Assembly: GCF_036321535.1 (NCBI RefSeq)
Contig: NC_087447.1
Span: 46,130,001-46,194,000, forward strand
Direction: 5' to 3'
Source: Camelus dromedarius
Lineage: Eukaryota
DNA: 64,000 bases
The first letter of the stretch is position 1; every line of letters starts with the position of its first letter. Below, in pieces: positions 12,263-24,529 of this stretch. Under the pieces are notes generated by a model, which made no database searches, was not told where the DNA came from, and was given only the letters and a program-made list of their open reading frames with translations. A program made the position numbers and the translations under genes.

Positions 12263-14379
12263 GGCTCCTGGTCGTTGAGGTGCACTGTTCTTCACAAAGG
12301 TCTGGCCAAGCTCTCCTAAGACATTTCCAGCCCAGAACCTGCCTCTGCCTTCAACCCTGTGGAGACATTCACATGTAGACCTGGAGAGCCGATCACTAAA
12401 GAAAAGCTTAGACAAGTCACTTCAATAAATAAACTATAGGATATGTAAGGATCCTTTATTCCTATTTAAAGGATGAGAAATATGCAATTCAAATTAAAAT
12501 TGTCTTAAAGGTAAAAGCAGTGATGCACAGTTCATTTGAATGGAGACTTTGTGTTTATGATAACCCAATGCCTCCTCTCTACAACCAAAACCACATGCTC
12601 CTAATCAGCCCTGCTGCTCAGTTTCTACTCTCTCAACTTCCCCTGATCCCTGAAAACTGTCTCCATCATCCCAAGATTAGATTTAGCCCTCCTCTCTCAG
12701 CTTTGAACCAAAGTAGTCATGTGTTCCCTGTTCCTTTTCTCTCCGCAATTGCCCCATCATTTCCAGAAGGTAATTTTGGTATCAGCAGTAACCCACCAGA
12801 CCTGGCCAGCCCTTTGGAGGGGTTGAGGGTTTTTATCCTCCTTTCTAGGGTGACTGCATCAGCCCAGCACCCAGCCCCCAGGTCAGTTACCCACATCCCT
12901 GGAGTCTTCTCTATTTGGCTTCCTCTGGTAGTCCACATTTCTTTCATGCAAAAGGATTTATACAGGACCCTTCAGGAGGAGCGGGGAGAGCGACGCTAGA
13001 TCAAAGACAACATGGAGTCATGGTAAGGAGTATTGTCACTTCAAAGACCTCCCATTGGGAGCCCTCTTCCCCCTTTAGACTATCATCTTGCTTCTTCCCT
13101 GGACACCCCGGCTTCCCTTGGCCTCTGTCCAGCAGCCAAACAGTGTAACTCCTCCAGAGACTGATTTTTCTCTGTGCTCTGACCCCAGGGAGCTTTCCAG
13201 ATTACAGGAAGAGGGAGATGCTTAGTGGATGATGAGCCTTTGTTTCTTCATGTCCTCAGATGATACATAAGAGAATATAGTGTACATTCTGAAAAGAAAA
13301 CAAAAGGCCCAAAATTAGATTTTTGGAAGCCTGATAGGTGCCAAGCACCCTGCTGAACACTTTTCAGAGATGACCTTTCAATTTTTACAACCCCCTGAAC
13401 TAAGCTGCCATTATTACAGCTACATTTTTATAGATTAAATTGAGGTGCATAGAAAGTCACAAAGCTAGTAAGCCAGAGAGCCAGGATTCCAATTTTAGCA
13501 ATCATAATACATTTTTCTCAGTTGAAGGACTCTGCACTGATATCATACTTAATCTCTCAAAGTCCACTTCACCTTCCGCTTCCTCCATTCTGTCTGGGGA
13601 CTCGTGTTCAGCTTCATTGGTTAGGTACTTTGCCTAGCATGGTGTTATGAAGTCCTTTTTGAACAGAGAAGGGAATAGAGCATTAGGGAGACTAAGGAAA
13701 GCTTTCAAACTGAGGGGAGGTCATGAACCTTAGCACAAAGATCTGACAAGACAAAATGTTCTCCAAACAGAAGAAGGTAGAATGCAGGGTACTTGAAAGA
13801 AAATGCAAATAAATGAGGCTAGGGGGTGTGCGGGCCATATTTTAGAGGTCCTGACTTCTCTCTGGGCATCACCATGGGGCAGGAATAAAGCTGAGATAAA
13901 GAAGCCAACGGTAAGATAGCAAGTTTTTTTTTTTATGGCAAAAGATAGAGATATATGGAAATATGAAAAATCAGGAGATGATGTTGCATGCCCCCAGTTC
14001 CCTGAGTCCTCAGCAGAGATATAGTTATTAGTGATGTGAATGGGGGAGAGTCATTCTGTTGCCTTTTGGAGGGGCATGGGGTTGCTTCTCGCCTTCCTCC
14101 ACCAGCACATTTCTAATGACCAGGGGGTAGTTGAGGTTCAACTTACTAGGCTTAGCATCCATTAGAAGGTGCAGTCTTCAAGCCTGCGAAAGAACTAGTC
14201 CCTCAAACTGCTGCACTGTGCTCATCCCCAAGGTACAAGAGGAGGCATTCAGAAAGAGACCAAAGATCTATCCTTGGGAAAGTGCCATCCAAGTGTATTA
14301 ACTGGCTATTTACATTACTTGATGCAGAACATCGGTTCCCAAAACCCCTGCCCCAAATATCACTGAGATCTCTCAGGAG

Positions 14380-14903
14380 GTGCCTGCAGTAGGTACCTGA
14401 TATTCATGCCCATTTTTAATCCCCTCCTCTTGAGGTTGGGCTCAACCTAGTGACTCACTTCTAATGAGTAGAAAGCTGCAAAAGTGATGGGATTTCATTT
14501 TGGAGATTAAGTGACCAGCAGACAGTGCCTTCCATCTTGCTCACTCTTTTGCTGTCTTTGTCACTCTTTCTGAGGTCCTCAGGTAAGCCAGCTGCCATGT
14601 TATAAGCTGCCCTATGGAGAGATCCACATGGCAAGGAAATTATGAGCCTGGAATTGGATCTTCTGAGGCTTGCCACCAGCCCTGTGTGTGAGCTTGGAAG
14701 CAAATGCTCTTCCAAGTGAACTTTCAGATGACTGCAGTCCTGGCCAGCACCTCATTGCAACCTGTAAGACATCCTGAGCCAAAGGCACCCAGTAGAGCCA
14801 CACCCAGATTCTTGACCACCCCCATCAGAAACTGATGTAATAAATGTTGTTGTCTAAATTGCTAAATTTGAGCTAATCTGTTGCACAGGAAAGATAACTA
14901 GTC
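14380..14903 (+). mobile_element. MLT1-family (MaLR) LTR
   Basis: 'gccagctgccatgt...ccacatggcaaggaa...gagcttggaagca...ttcagatgactgcag...taataaatgttgttg...gataacta'. Confidence 0.8.
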
Positions 14904-15419
14904 AAGTCACTGACCACATTATCTATAGTTTCACTTTTATTACAAGAGAAGAGAGTTAATGCAACCACCACTGGCCATTTTTCCTGTTGGGGGAAGTTAC
15001 TTGATCATGACCATCCTGGACCTCTGGGTCCCAAAACTTCATGGTGATTGATGTGTGGGGAAGATGACCCTTTCTTGCTGCTAATGATCTGATATTGCTA
15101 TTCCACTAAAAACTGAGAGGCAGACATCAAGGCAGTGTTGCTTGTGACATGGTATGTCAGGATTTATTTAAAAACCTCTGTGCATGGGATCCACATACAT
15201 ATCCAGAGGGATGGAGAGGGGACAGATGCAATTAACAGCCTTCAGGTTGTCCAAACTAAATAACCTCTCATTCAACATACCTGCCTTCTATTCCTATTAG
15301 GAGATATTGTCTAGATGATCTTCACTGGCATTCTGCAGGCACAAGCAGAATACTTTTGGAACATCTGACTGTTCAAATCCTTGACTGAGGATCTGCTTCT
15401 GAGAAAACACAATCTAAGG

Positions 15420-16150
15420 CAGTGGCATTCTTGCCTTATTCCTGATCTTCATGGTAATGCTTTACTGTTTCTCCCTTAAGTAAGATGCTGGCTTTAGGAA
15501 TTAAGTACACATATCACTTATAATCAGTTCTTATTTGAATGCTTTATGAGCAATTGATGTCAAGAGCCTTTTTAACATCTTTGGAAAGAAGCATATTGTG
15601 TTTCTCCTTTGATTTATTAATGCGGTGATTTATATTAAAGGATTTCCCATAACTGAACCATACTTCAATTCATTGAATAATCTCACATGGTCATGGGGTA
15701 TTATTTTCTTAATGTGGTTGGAGTCTGTTTGCTGATATTTTAGTTAGTCTTTTTGTATCAATACTTATAAGGAGGTTCAGCTTTAGTTTTCCTTTTCTGT
15801 GCAGTATTTCTTAGGTTTAGCCATTAATGGAACACTTCCTTTGTAGGAAAAAAAAAATGGGTGTTTTCTTCTTTCTCTGCAAATTTCTTTCTCTCTTTTT
15901 TTCTGTGAGTCCCCTGTGAAATTATCTGAACCTATTGTTTTTTTTCAGAGAGGAATTCTTAGCTTTATTTCTTTCATGCAGATTTGTTTGTGCTTTCTAC
16001 ATCTGCTGGTATCAGTTTTGAACAAACGTATTGGATTGCATTGTACTGTATTGTACTGTAGCAACTTCACCCAGGTTTTCCAACTTATTGCTTAGAATTG
16101 TGTGAATCTAATCATTTTTATTTTATCAGTTTCACTGGTTACTTCCTCTT
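15420..16150 (-). mobile_element. Degenerate L1 ORF2 fragment
   Basis: 'cattcttgccttattcctgatctt...taagatgctggct...ttgaacc...tgtttgctgatatttt' is antisense L1 RT-region sequence. Confidence 0.7.
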
Positions 16151-16171
16151 GTTATTTCTTTTTTTAACTCA

Positions 16172-17110
16172 TTTTTTTTTAAATGAAGTATAGTTGACTT
16201 ACAATGTCATGTTAGTTTCAGGTGTACAGCATAGTGATTCAGCTATATATATACATTTTTTTTCTCTTTCTCAGATGTTTCCCATTATAGGTTATTACAA
16301 GATACTGAATATAGTTCCCTGTGCTATAGATTAGGTCCTTGTTGCTTGTCTATTTTATATATAATAGTGTGTATCTTTTTAATCTGAAACTCCTACTTTA
16401 TCCCTCCCTCACCCCTTTCCCCTTTGGTAACAATAGTTTGTTTTCTATGTCCATTAGTCTGTTTCTGTTTTGTAAATAAGTTCATTTTTATTATTTTTTT
16501 AGATTCCAGATATAAGTGATATCGTATGATATTTCTCTTTCTCTGACTTATTTCACTTAGTATGATAATCTCTAGATCCATCCATGTTGCTACAAATGGC
16601 AATATTTCATTCTTTTTATGGCTGAGAAATATATAGATATAGATATAGATGTAGATCTACACACACCACTTGTTCTTTATCCAGTCCTCTGTTGATGGAT
16701 ACCAGGTTGCTTCCAAGTCTTGGTTTTTGTAAATAGTGCTGCTATGAACATTGAGGTGCGTGTATCTTTTCAAACTAGAGTGTTTTTGTCTTTTTGGATA
16801 TATGCCCAGGAGTGGGATTGCTGGCTCACATGATAACTCTATTTTTAGTTTTTTAAGGAACGTCCATACTGGCTGCACCAAACTACATTCCTACCAGCAG
16901 TGTAGAAGGGTTCCCTTTTCTCCACACCCTCTCCAGCATTTATTGTTTGTGGATTTTTGAATCATGGCCATTCTGACTGATGTGAGGTGATACCTTATTG
17001 TAGTTTTGATTTGCATTTCTCTGATAATTAGTGATATTGAGCATTTTTTCATGTGCCTGTTGTCCATCTGTCCATCTTCACTAGAGGAATGTTTAGGTCT
17101 CCTGCCCATC
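16172..17110 (-). mobile_element. Younger L1 3' end (ORF2 C-terminus plus 3' UTR)
   Basis: Minus ORFs '[41 protein letters not shown]' and '[16 protein letters not shown]'; poly-T at left end. Confidence 0.92.
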
Positions 17111-18437
17111 TTTGCATTCTTCCATACATTTTTCTATGTATCTCTTTGTATCTGTGTTAAAATAATAAAAAATGAACATATTCATAAATATAGGCAGACA
17201 CATATGTAGTGTACATTTAGAAAATGTGGAATGCATTAATCATAGAGTGTAGTATGTACCATCACCTAACTTGTCCATGACTTGCATGAGTAAGTTGTGA
17301 AAGGGCCGTATGGGTAAGTGTTACTCCCTGAAAAGGACCATTGGCCGTGGACACTGGAGGTGGGGTTCCTATTCTTGACCAAGGATAATCCACTGGTATG
17401 ACACTGGCTCTTGGGCAGGGGAAGTCCATGATGGCCTAGGGAGCTGCCCTACTGTAGCCAACTCCCTGAATGGTGGAACCACAACATGCATTTTTCCTGG
17501 TTCCGTTCACAGCAGCATGTTATATTGGAAGATAAAATAGGTTCTGTGCTAGACCCAGAGAATGTGACCAGGAACCACTGCATGAACCCAAGGCAACACC
17601 ATTAGATTTGAAAAGATTTTGCCCAAGAAAAACATACCATAGAGATGGAGTCTAAGCAACTCCCCGAAAGCCGCTGTGCATGTAGCACAAATGCAGGACA
17701 AGCGTAGAGATTGCTCATGAGCTCATCCTGAGTACCGTGGAGTAGTAGTTTGCCTTAAGAAGTTGTCTCACATGTGTGTTTTCCCTTCACCTACTCTGGG
17801 TCTTTGAATCCGTATTTCAGCCTGAATAGTGCTCACAAAACCCCAGTGTCATCCCACCTCGTGCCCCTGCTTCTTGCTTAGAAACAACACAAGCCACTAC
17901 CTCTACCACAGGCTATTGAATGAGTTGCTGTGTATAAATGGATTCAAGCCATTCACATAAAACACTCTCAGGATTAAAACATATTTAGACATGTATTTCT
18001 CAGCCTAAACAAACAAAAATAAAATTTTATAAATAAAAGGAGTGACTCAACAAACATTAACTGGTGCCTATTGTAAATTACCAGAACTAAGCTTAGGTCT
18101 GGAGATAGAGAAAGAAATACCATGTTCCTCTCTCTCAAGGAGTCCATGCACTAGAGTAGGCAAAAATTAAGCAGTTAAAATGCATTGTGATCAATTAAAT
18201 AGAAAGCACTGTGGAACGATGTACTTTCTTGTGGAATAAAGGGCAGTCACTTCGCCCAGCTGGGAGTGAGAGAACGTGTCCTACAGGAGCTGATTCCTGG
18301 GCTGGATGTTGACAAGTAGCAAGAGTTAGCCAGGTCAGGGGCTTGGGAGAAGCAAGTAGCCAATCTGAGAAGTGAAGAGGAGAGGCAGGAGATGGTCCTT
18401 AAGCGATAGGCAGGGGAGACCAGCAGGGCCTTGGATG

Positions 18438-19103
18438 TGCAGGTGCTCAGGAGTTGCCATCCCAGTATTTGCCTCCGTGGAATATTGATTATTTTGAGCT
18501 GAGGGTGCTTGAGAAACGGCAGATGCAAGAGGGCTTTCTGACCTAGCCCTTTCCACCTAAAATCAGGCCATCAGTTTCCCATGAGAAAGGTGCTCTTCCT
18601 GTACCAGAACAAGAATATCCTTGTGTCCAGAGACTGGGCCTCAATGCTGAAGTGGGTCTGTACAAGCAAGTTCACTAAAGTAGCCCGTATCTGCACTCGT
18701 TCCCGCCTCCCTCCACCGTGTGTCTTCTAGTCACTTCCCCACAATTTACTGCGCCTAGCCCAAACCCCTTTGTCTTGTCATTTCTTCACAAATGTGCCAT
18801 TTCTTTGCCTAAAAGATGTAAAAGCATCAAAATTCATCAAATTGTACATCTGAAATATGTGTAGTTTACTGTACAGGAACCATACCACAGTAAAGGTGTT
18901 TAAAAAAGAAAAAAAATATATAAAAGCTATTTGCTCTGGTCCCTTACTCAGGTCTTCATTATCTTGTGAAGGTCCCCATGCACATGTAAACATTTAAAAA
19001 TCTTGTATACTTTTCTGTCTGTTTACTCTGCCTCATGTCAGTTTGATTCTTAAGCTCAGCCAGAGACCCTGCAAGGGTAGAGGAGAATTTTTCCTCCCCC
19101 CCA
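18438..19103 (+). mobile_element. MER34-like ERV1 solo LTR, interrupted by a short L1 tail
   Basis: 'gattattttgagctgagg...gagaa' near start and 'agggtagaggagaatttttcctccccccca' end; TG...CA termini. Confidence 0.7.
18826..18917 (+). mobile_element. 92-bp 5'-truncated L1 3' tail with poly(A) and ~10-bp TSD
   Basis: Flanks ATGTAAAAGC (18816-18825) and ATATAAAAGC (18918-18927); same sequence family occurs antisense at ~35220-35300. Confidence 0.7.
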
Positions 19104-19515
19104 GATTCCACACTAGAGATTTGGACATTAACCTGATGTTCAGAGGTGGCTGGCTGAGTGTTAAGGAGTAGAAAGTCGTGATCTGATTTTGAATTTAGAA
19201 AGTAAATTATACTGATTTTGACCATTAGGATTTTGGTAGGTGGACTCAGACTCAAATTAACTAGACTCAAATTTTGGAAAGTAGCAGCATCACTAATGCG
19301 TCCGAACATTAGAGGCCATCATTTGATCACATCCTGCTGCCACGTTTCCCATTATAAATAGAGACAGTCAAGTAAGTGAGATTTATCACACAGTTTATTC
19401 CAAGTAATTGTTAAGAGCATATGTGCTGTTTTAACTACTTAAGATTAAAACAACCTCATTTTTAATGAATTAATTCAACAAATACTTATTAGATGACTAT
19501 TATGAGCTGGACATT

Positions 19516-19801
19516 TGTCGGCAGTCTTAAGTGAGTAGGCCGTGGGACCCAAGTCAAAGTTCACAATAACTTGCATGTGTATGAGGTAAGAAGTAAATGT
19601 ACGCATGCGCTAGTAGCATGAGTCAGCATTATGAACAATACGCATGCGCAGGCACAATAAAAGGACAAGTGCATACACCTGAGGGCATGCCACCCGCTTG
19701 TACTGCAATGAAGTGTTGTTTTGCTCTATGTCAGCTCCTTGCGCCATCCAGTTAGGCAGCTCGCTTCCTCGGATCCCTCTCCAGCCCCACGGCGGCAGAC
19801 A
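19516..19801 (+). mobile_element. 286-bp solo LTR (copy A), 5-bp TSD ACATT
   Basis: TGTCGGC...GCAGACA termini; ACATT at 19511-19515 and 19802-19806; internal AATAAA at 19656; homologous to 26395-26679. Confidence 0.85.
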
Positions 19802-20469
19802 ACATTATGCTGGATACTAGGTAACTCGGCAGGCAAAAGCACCTAGAACAACTACCCTCCAGAGCTTTCAATCTGACAAGGAAGAAAGAGAACAATCAGC
19901 TTATCAAACAAATGTATTCACTTCCATGTGTGCCTTGGGATTTCTAAGGAAAAGTTGTTTGAGACTTGGTGGGAGCATAGGCTTCCTAGGTGGAAATAAG
20001 TTTAGGCTGTGACCTGACAGCTGAATAGACCATTTACAAAGTGTTTGTGGGTGAGGTGGAGACCGAACTTTGAAGGGAGAGACACAGCGTGTGCAAAGAC
20101 ATCAAGGCTAGGTAGAGAATGGTACCTTAGAAGGACTAAGAGGACTACAAGAGCCCCAGGACGTCCTTCTGACAGGTAAGATTAGAACCGTTTTCATTTT
20201 TCTTTAAACAAGGGAAGTCACTGAAGTGTCTAAGCAAGGGTCACTTGTGATCTGATTTGTGTTTTGCAAGTTCTATTCCTTTGCACTGAGACCTAGAGCA
20301 GAACGGGGCAGAGCAGTAGCAGAGACTTGGGTGCGTACTGCATGCAGAGTTAGGGAGCGGCAGGTAGTTCCTTTAAGATACCTGATTTTGAAGCACTGTA
20401 ACCCTCGGACCTGAATTGTCCTGGTGTTGGCTCTCTTTTGTGTAATTTCTAGGGCTTTAGTGTTCACGG

Positions 20470-21003
20470 TGTGGCACTCAGCCTGGCTGCTCTGGTGTCA
20501 TCTGGGAGCTTGTTAGAAATGTGCAATCTTGGATCTCACTTTGGGTTTAATGAATCAGAAACTGCATGTCAGGAAGAGCTGCAGGTTAATAGAATACAGG
20601 TGATTAGAGTAACACTGCTTAAGGTACAAGACTCAAATTAGGTTGCATGTTAGGGACACCTAGCTAGTCTGAGGAACTGTTTCTATCTAGTTCCCACCAC
20701 CAGAGACCCAGATTTAACTTTTCCCTGAATCTAATGATTTTGAACAAGTCCCCAAGAACTTCTAATGTACAGTGGATGTACATAAGAAGTAAAGATGGGA
20801 CTTTCAGAAATGTCTCCCCTATGACAGTTGTTCTCAAAGTTTGGTGGCCAAAGGAATCATCTGGAGGGCTTTTCATAATACAGATTTGGGCTTCATCCCC
20901 AGAGGATCTAACTCAGTAGGTCTGGGTCCATATTTTATTACTTTCAAGTTCCTACCTGATGCTGAAGCTAGTGGTGTGGGGACCACCCTTGGAGAAGCAC
21001 TGC
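20470..21003. mobile_element. Cluster of about three MER5-type MITEs
   Basis: 'catctgggagcttgttagaaatg...gaatcagaaactgc' and 'cagttgttctcaaagt...ttggagaagcactg'. Confidence 0.65.
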
Positions 21004-21333
21004 TTTAGAGCGTATAGTGATTTTGGAAAATTTGCAATTAACAATCACCTTCCATAAGACAGGCATGAAAAATACAGCCTGTTCATAGATTTTGTCCCTG
21101 CGCAGCCATAAAATCTTTTGTTTATCTATCCTTTTTGTTTGCTATTTTTTGTAATTTCTAAGTCTATAACATTCACTTAAAATTATGACACATGTGAAAG
21201 TAAAAATAATTTAAAATGTATTACATTTCTGAATGGAAATGCCCAGACCAAGCTGTATTTGAAGGCTTAAAAAGTAGGCAGAAGCTTGCATCAATTCCTG
21301 GATTTTCTTGAGAATCATGATTTTAAGAGCATC

Positions 21334-21790
21334 TGTCAACAACAGAAAAACAATGCAGGAGGCTGCAAATAAGAAAAGAGTTTATTTGGGGGTAATAAGA
21401 ATTCCAATTCAGTAGACACAGTTTCAAGTATCTTCAAATGACTGTTCCAGGGAAGAGAAAGTGTCAGGGGCTTGCAAAGAAAAAAGCCATGAAGTTACAA
21501 GTTGCTTCACAAGAATCAGGATGGACCCTGATACAAATATTTCTCTCTTTAAGGAGAAAATATTTGTCCTTAAAGTATCAGGAGCTATTTTAGGGGAAAT
21601 TTCTATAAGTAGATCAGCTGTCACAAGTTATTTTTAGGTTAAGAGTCCAGTAAGTATCTTGAGTAACTAGCAGATGTTCTGGATGACCTCATCAGGTCTA
21701 AAGGTCAGATTCTATCCCAGCTGAGACATGCATAAATCACACTTCCTCAGTGGCCTCCTGGTTCCATTTTAGAGCTGTCTCTTAGCAATA
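21334..21790 (-). mobile_element. Probable old ERV1-type LTR
   Basis: Starts TGTCAAC, antisense polyA signal 'gagtttattt', ends 'ggcctcctggttccattttagag...'; family uncertain. Confidence 0.4.
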
Positions 21791-21974
21791 CTGTGAAGAC
21801 TTTGGTTTTCCTTCCAAATTTGAAATGCAAAAAAATGCTAATAAAGCAGGGAGGTAGTCCAGAATGTGATGTTTGTATTAGTGACCAATTTTATTAATTT
21901 AGGGGCAAAGCTTGCACAATCACCCTATGATATACACACATACATTTCTAGATTATCCAAATATATATGAAAGT

Positions 21975-22255
21975 TCTGGAATACTACTTGGCCTTAAAAA
22001 ATAATTAACAATGCCATTTGCAGCAACATGGATGGATCTGGAGATACATTTTAAGTGAAATAAGCCAGAAAGAGAAAGAAAAATACTATATATCACTTAT
22101 ATTTGGAATCTAGAAATAAAGACAAATGAACTTATTTACAAAACATAAACAGACTCACAGACAGAAAACAAACTTATGGTTACCAGGGGGTGAAGGGAGT
22201 GTGCAGGGATAAATTGGGAGTTATTCTGCAATAAAAATATATATATACAAAAAAA
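21975..22255 (+). mobile_element. L1 3' fragment
   Basis: 'gccatttgcagcaacatggatggatctggag...aagtgaaataagccaga...aaacaaacttatggttacc'. Confidence 0.85.
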
Positions 22256-23517
22256 GTGCAACTATACTTGTAATTATAGGTATAATTGAATTGGATATAA
22301 GTTCTAAATTTTGAAACAGATTATCCAAACAAATTTATGAACATTTCACTGCAGTGTAACAACATTTTTACAGTCAGCCCAGTTGACTTAATCACTAGGC
22401 TAACTGTAGAAATTTGGTCAATCTCAGACCTCATCCACAATGCAAAACAACACAGCCAACTCCAGATTTCAAAAACTCCTGCTGGGTGCTGTTGAGATGT
22501 AGTGGTTGAGTCAATCCAATCAATTCCATTGTTCTCATAATTAGATTAGAACTCACCAACCCAGATTGAATCAGTAAAGAACTAGGTATTTCTCCTGCAC
22601 AGTTTTTATGTGACAGAATTAACTCTCCTTACCAGTTAATGTCTGATTCAGAGTTTTTAAGTCTGTAACACTTGTTTAGTCAACTATGGAAATGAGTAGA
22701 AAAAAAGTAATACAAATATTATATTCTGAGTATGAGGTGCTCAGACAGAGTTGTATTTGAAGACATGATAAAGGAGGTGGCATTTACCTGGCTCCCTCCA
22801 GTGTCATTAGGAATTGAAGAAAATCAAATGGAGAAAATTTGATGTTTCTGTAACTTGTGAGCCACTATCAGCAGGGATGATTTCCAGAAGTTGCTATTGA
22901 CACTGGTGGATCATTTTATTAATTTATGGGCAGAACTAGGGATATCATGCTATGATTTAACAAAATTGTACTTCTAGAGTATCCATCATACCTAAAAAAA
23001 AAAATGACCAGCAACCATTGTAATTCTTTGTATCATTGAATTAGGTGTACATTTAGAAATTTCTAACACCTTTTCCACATGCATGTCCTCAGGTCATTGG
23101 AGTGGCCCATGCAACTGCAATGGTCTGGTTGTTTTGCCCACATTAATACCAGTCCCAAACACACCTCAACTGACAAGGCTGACCAATTTAAAAATGCTTC
23201 CAGTTAGTACACAAACGCTTGTGAATAATGAGAGATTTGGATGATTTAATCACTGGATTATTTTGAAGATAGGACTAGGTTCTCCAGTCAGAGCCCACAG
23301 TCTAAAAGCTTTCACTAAAGAGCTAACAACAGCCATCAGTGAAAAGAACTGCTCCCCCCCAGCTGCAGAGGTGACCAAATATAAAACTAGTTTCTGTTAC
23401 TCTAACTATGCTAGTTGGAAGAAAAAAGATGTCCCCAGGTGATCATCACCCTGGCTTCAGAGTCCCCTACGCCACTGAAGACCATCCTTCTAGCTGAAGA
23501 ATCAAGTGACTGGCATC

Positions 23518-23670
23518 CGGCCCTCGTCACCATGCAGAGTGGCTGTGGCATGTATGAGTAACGTGGACAGGAGCATGGAGGCCCACGGCATTGTCAGGGT
23601 GAAAGGGTTCAGTATCAGGTCTTTTGGAGCTACATCCCATGTGAGGCCTTTGGGACTGGCACCCAACCAT
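23518..23670 (+). pseudogene. Truncated SSU72-like copy (51 codons; start codon ATG>CGG)
   Basis: RPSSPCRVAVACMSNVDRSMEAHGIVRVKGFSIRSFGATSHVRPLGLAPNH, then abrupt switch to the upstream sequence of the intact copy. Confidence 0.88.
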
Positions 23671-24237
23671 TCAATCAACTGTGCCAATAGAGGGAAAGCA
23701 ACTAACAGTACTGTATTCTCAATGTGGAGTGTTCACACAGAGCCCTACGTGGCAACATGATAAAGGAGGCAGAGTCTGCCTTGCTCTGCTCCCTCCCAAA
23801 TCATTATGATTTGAAGGAAATCAAATGGAGAAAATGCAGTGTTCTTTTAACTTATGAAACACTATCAGCAGGGATGTTTTCCAGAAGTGGTTTTTGACAC
23901 TGGTGGATCATGTTATTCATGGGCAGAACTATGGATATCTTGCTAGGATTGAACACAATTCTACTTCTAGAGTATCCATTGTCTGTGGGGGGAAAAAAGT
24001 GCTATAAGCATTGTGATTTGGTGTCTAACTGATTTAGGTAGGCTTGGAAATTTCCAGCACCTTTTCCACACATGTCCTCAGGTCACTGGAGGGGCTGGTG
24101 ACCAGCCTGCCTGTAGCCTAGTTGTTTGCCTAACATCAGTAGTAGCCCCAGACCCACAGGAGTGGGACTGGGCTCACTATAGATTGCAAAATGCTCCCTG
24201 GGGTAGCTACACCCTTGCAGAGCATGAGAGGTTCGGG

Positions 24238-24400
24238 TGATTGAATCTCTGGGGTGCTCTGAGGACCAGACAAGTTTCTGTGGTCACAGCCCATGATGTT
24301 CACCCAATCAATCGAGAGCTAACATAATCAATCCATCTGGAGCTAACACCATCAATCAAGAGTTCTCCACCCACTGCCCAGAGGTGACTCCACATAAACC
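24238..24400 (+). promoter_or_regulatory. Candidate SSU72-like proximal promoter: DUX-type homeodomain motifs and TATA-like box
   Basis: TGATTGAATCT 24238-24248, TCACCCAATCA 24300-24310, TAACATAATCA 24320-24330; CATAAA 24393-24398 is homologous to TATAAAA 23380-23386 in the upstream copy. Confidence 0.5.
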
Positions 24401-24529
24401 CACATCTCTTTGACCCTTGGCTAGATGGCAAGAAGAGTTGGACCGGGACGGTCATCTCCCTGGCCTCAGAGTCCCCTCGGACCCTGAGGCCCACCTGTCT
24501 GGCTGGAGTCCAAAGTAGCCACCATCACC

